Shown: positions 63,911-64,000 of the stretch, piece by piece
Layout: each line of letters starts with the position of its first letter
How positions within the stretch are numbered: position 1 is the first letter of the stretch
Source: a bacterium
GTDB lineage: Bacteria; Patescibacteriota; UBA1384; CAILIB01
DNA: 64,000 nt
Direction of reading: 5' to 3'
NCBI GenBank assembly: GCA_037131105.1
Contig: JBAXRQ010000001.1
Span: forward strand, 258,039-322,038
Position numbers and translations under genes: made by a program
The notes under the pieces: model-generated
Seen by the model: the letters and a program-made list of their open reading frames with translations, nothing else
The model's database searches: none
Told to the model about the DNA's origin: nothing

Positions 63911-64000
63911 ATGCCACAGGCAGTCATCGCTCCCGAAGAAACCACCAAGATCACCAAGTCCACCGAAGATGAGTGGCAGCTGGACACCGTAAAGGCCTGT
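63911..64000 (+). CDS. 5' end of an ORF continuing beyond the window
   Basis: AGGAGGA SD followed by ATG at 63911. Translation MPQAVIAPEETTKITK.... Confidence 0.2.
   Translation, partial: MPQAVIAPEETTKITKSTEDEWQLDTVKAC

Overview
This 64-kb window is mostly chromosomal housekeeping DNA from a Gram-positive-type (monoderm) bacterium. Supporting that call: an rny-ymdB-hup block, a sortase with an LPXTG substrate, an LtaS-like protein, and many proteins with an N-terminal membrane anchor. GC content is about 53-55 %; phylum is uncertain, possibly a Patescibacteria/Saccharibacteria-like or other Gram-positive-type lineage. Confidently recognised genes are argS, pyrH, rny, ymdB, hup, tmk, smpB, xth, an OmpR-type two-component system, an ECF sigma factor, a sortase, an AI-2E transporter, a fatty-acid desaturase and a PIG-L deacetylase. 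Five tRNAs are present: Arg-TCT, Arg-TCG, Pro-TGG, Arg-CCT and Val-GAC. The striking feature is how much site-specific-recombination debris surrounds the RNA genes. There are two intact large serine recombinases, one GC-rich recombinase fragment and one IS30-family insertion sequence. A 3.2-kb Fic + recombinase mini-island is integrated at tRNA-Arg(TCG) and flanked by a duplicated tRNA 3' end. Two further tRNAs (Arg-TCT, Pro) carry 170-260-bp insertions bounded by copies of their own 3' ends. The most unusual region is 48.3-53.1 kb. A large serine recombinase is followed by three cargo cassettes (hypothetical, hypothetical, shikimate-dehydrogenase-like). Each cassette is bounded by a ~110-bp copy of the recombinase gene's own 3' end. 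Each ends with a conserved module made of an att-like motif (ggtgggagaatcgc), a REP-like palindromic unit and a long hairpin. The array stops exactly at the 5' end of a ~365-nt ORF-free, highly structured RNA with RNase P-like P4/CR-V motifs (candidate rnpB). Two dispersed repeat families recur throughout. One is a REP-like composite palindrome family built on GGAAACC-N-GGTTTCC or GAACCCACGGTTC cores, with at least 8 copies. The other is a fold-back element with a conserved ~55-nt core and copy-specific perfect 25-bp stems, 3 copies with compensatory changes. Other notable items are an XRE-HTH/Hsp20 fusion protein, a two-component-controlled envelope operon containing a kinase-like/methyltransferase fusion, a nucleotide-salvage cluster (tmk, DCD-like dCTP deaminase, a 539-aa RHR-containing protein, 5'-deoxynucleotidase), a Phd/PIN toxin-antitoxin pair and a protease/ABC/permease module with a small hydrophobic peptide upstream.
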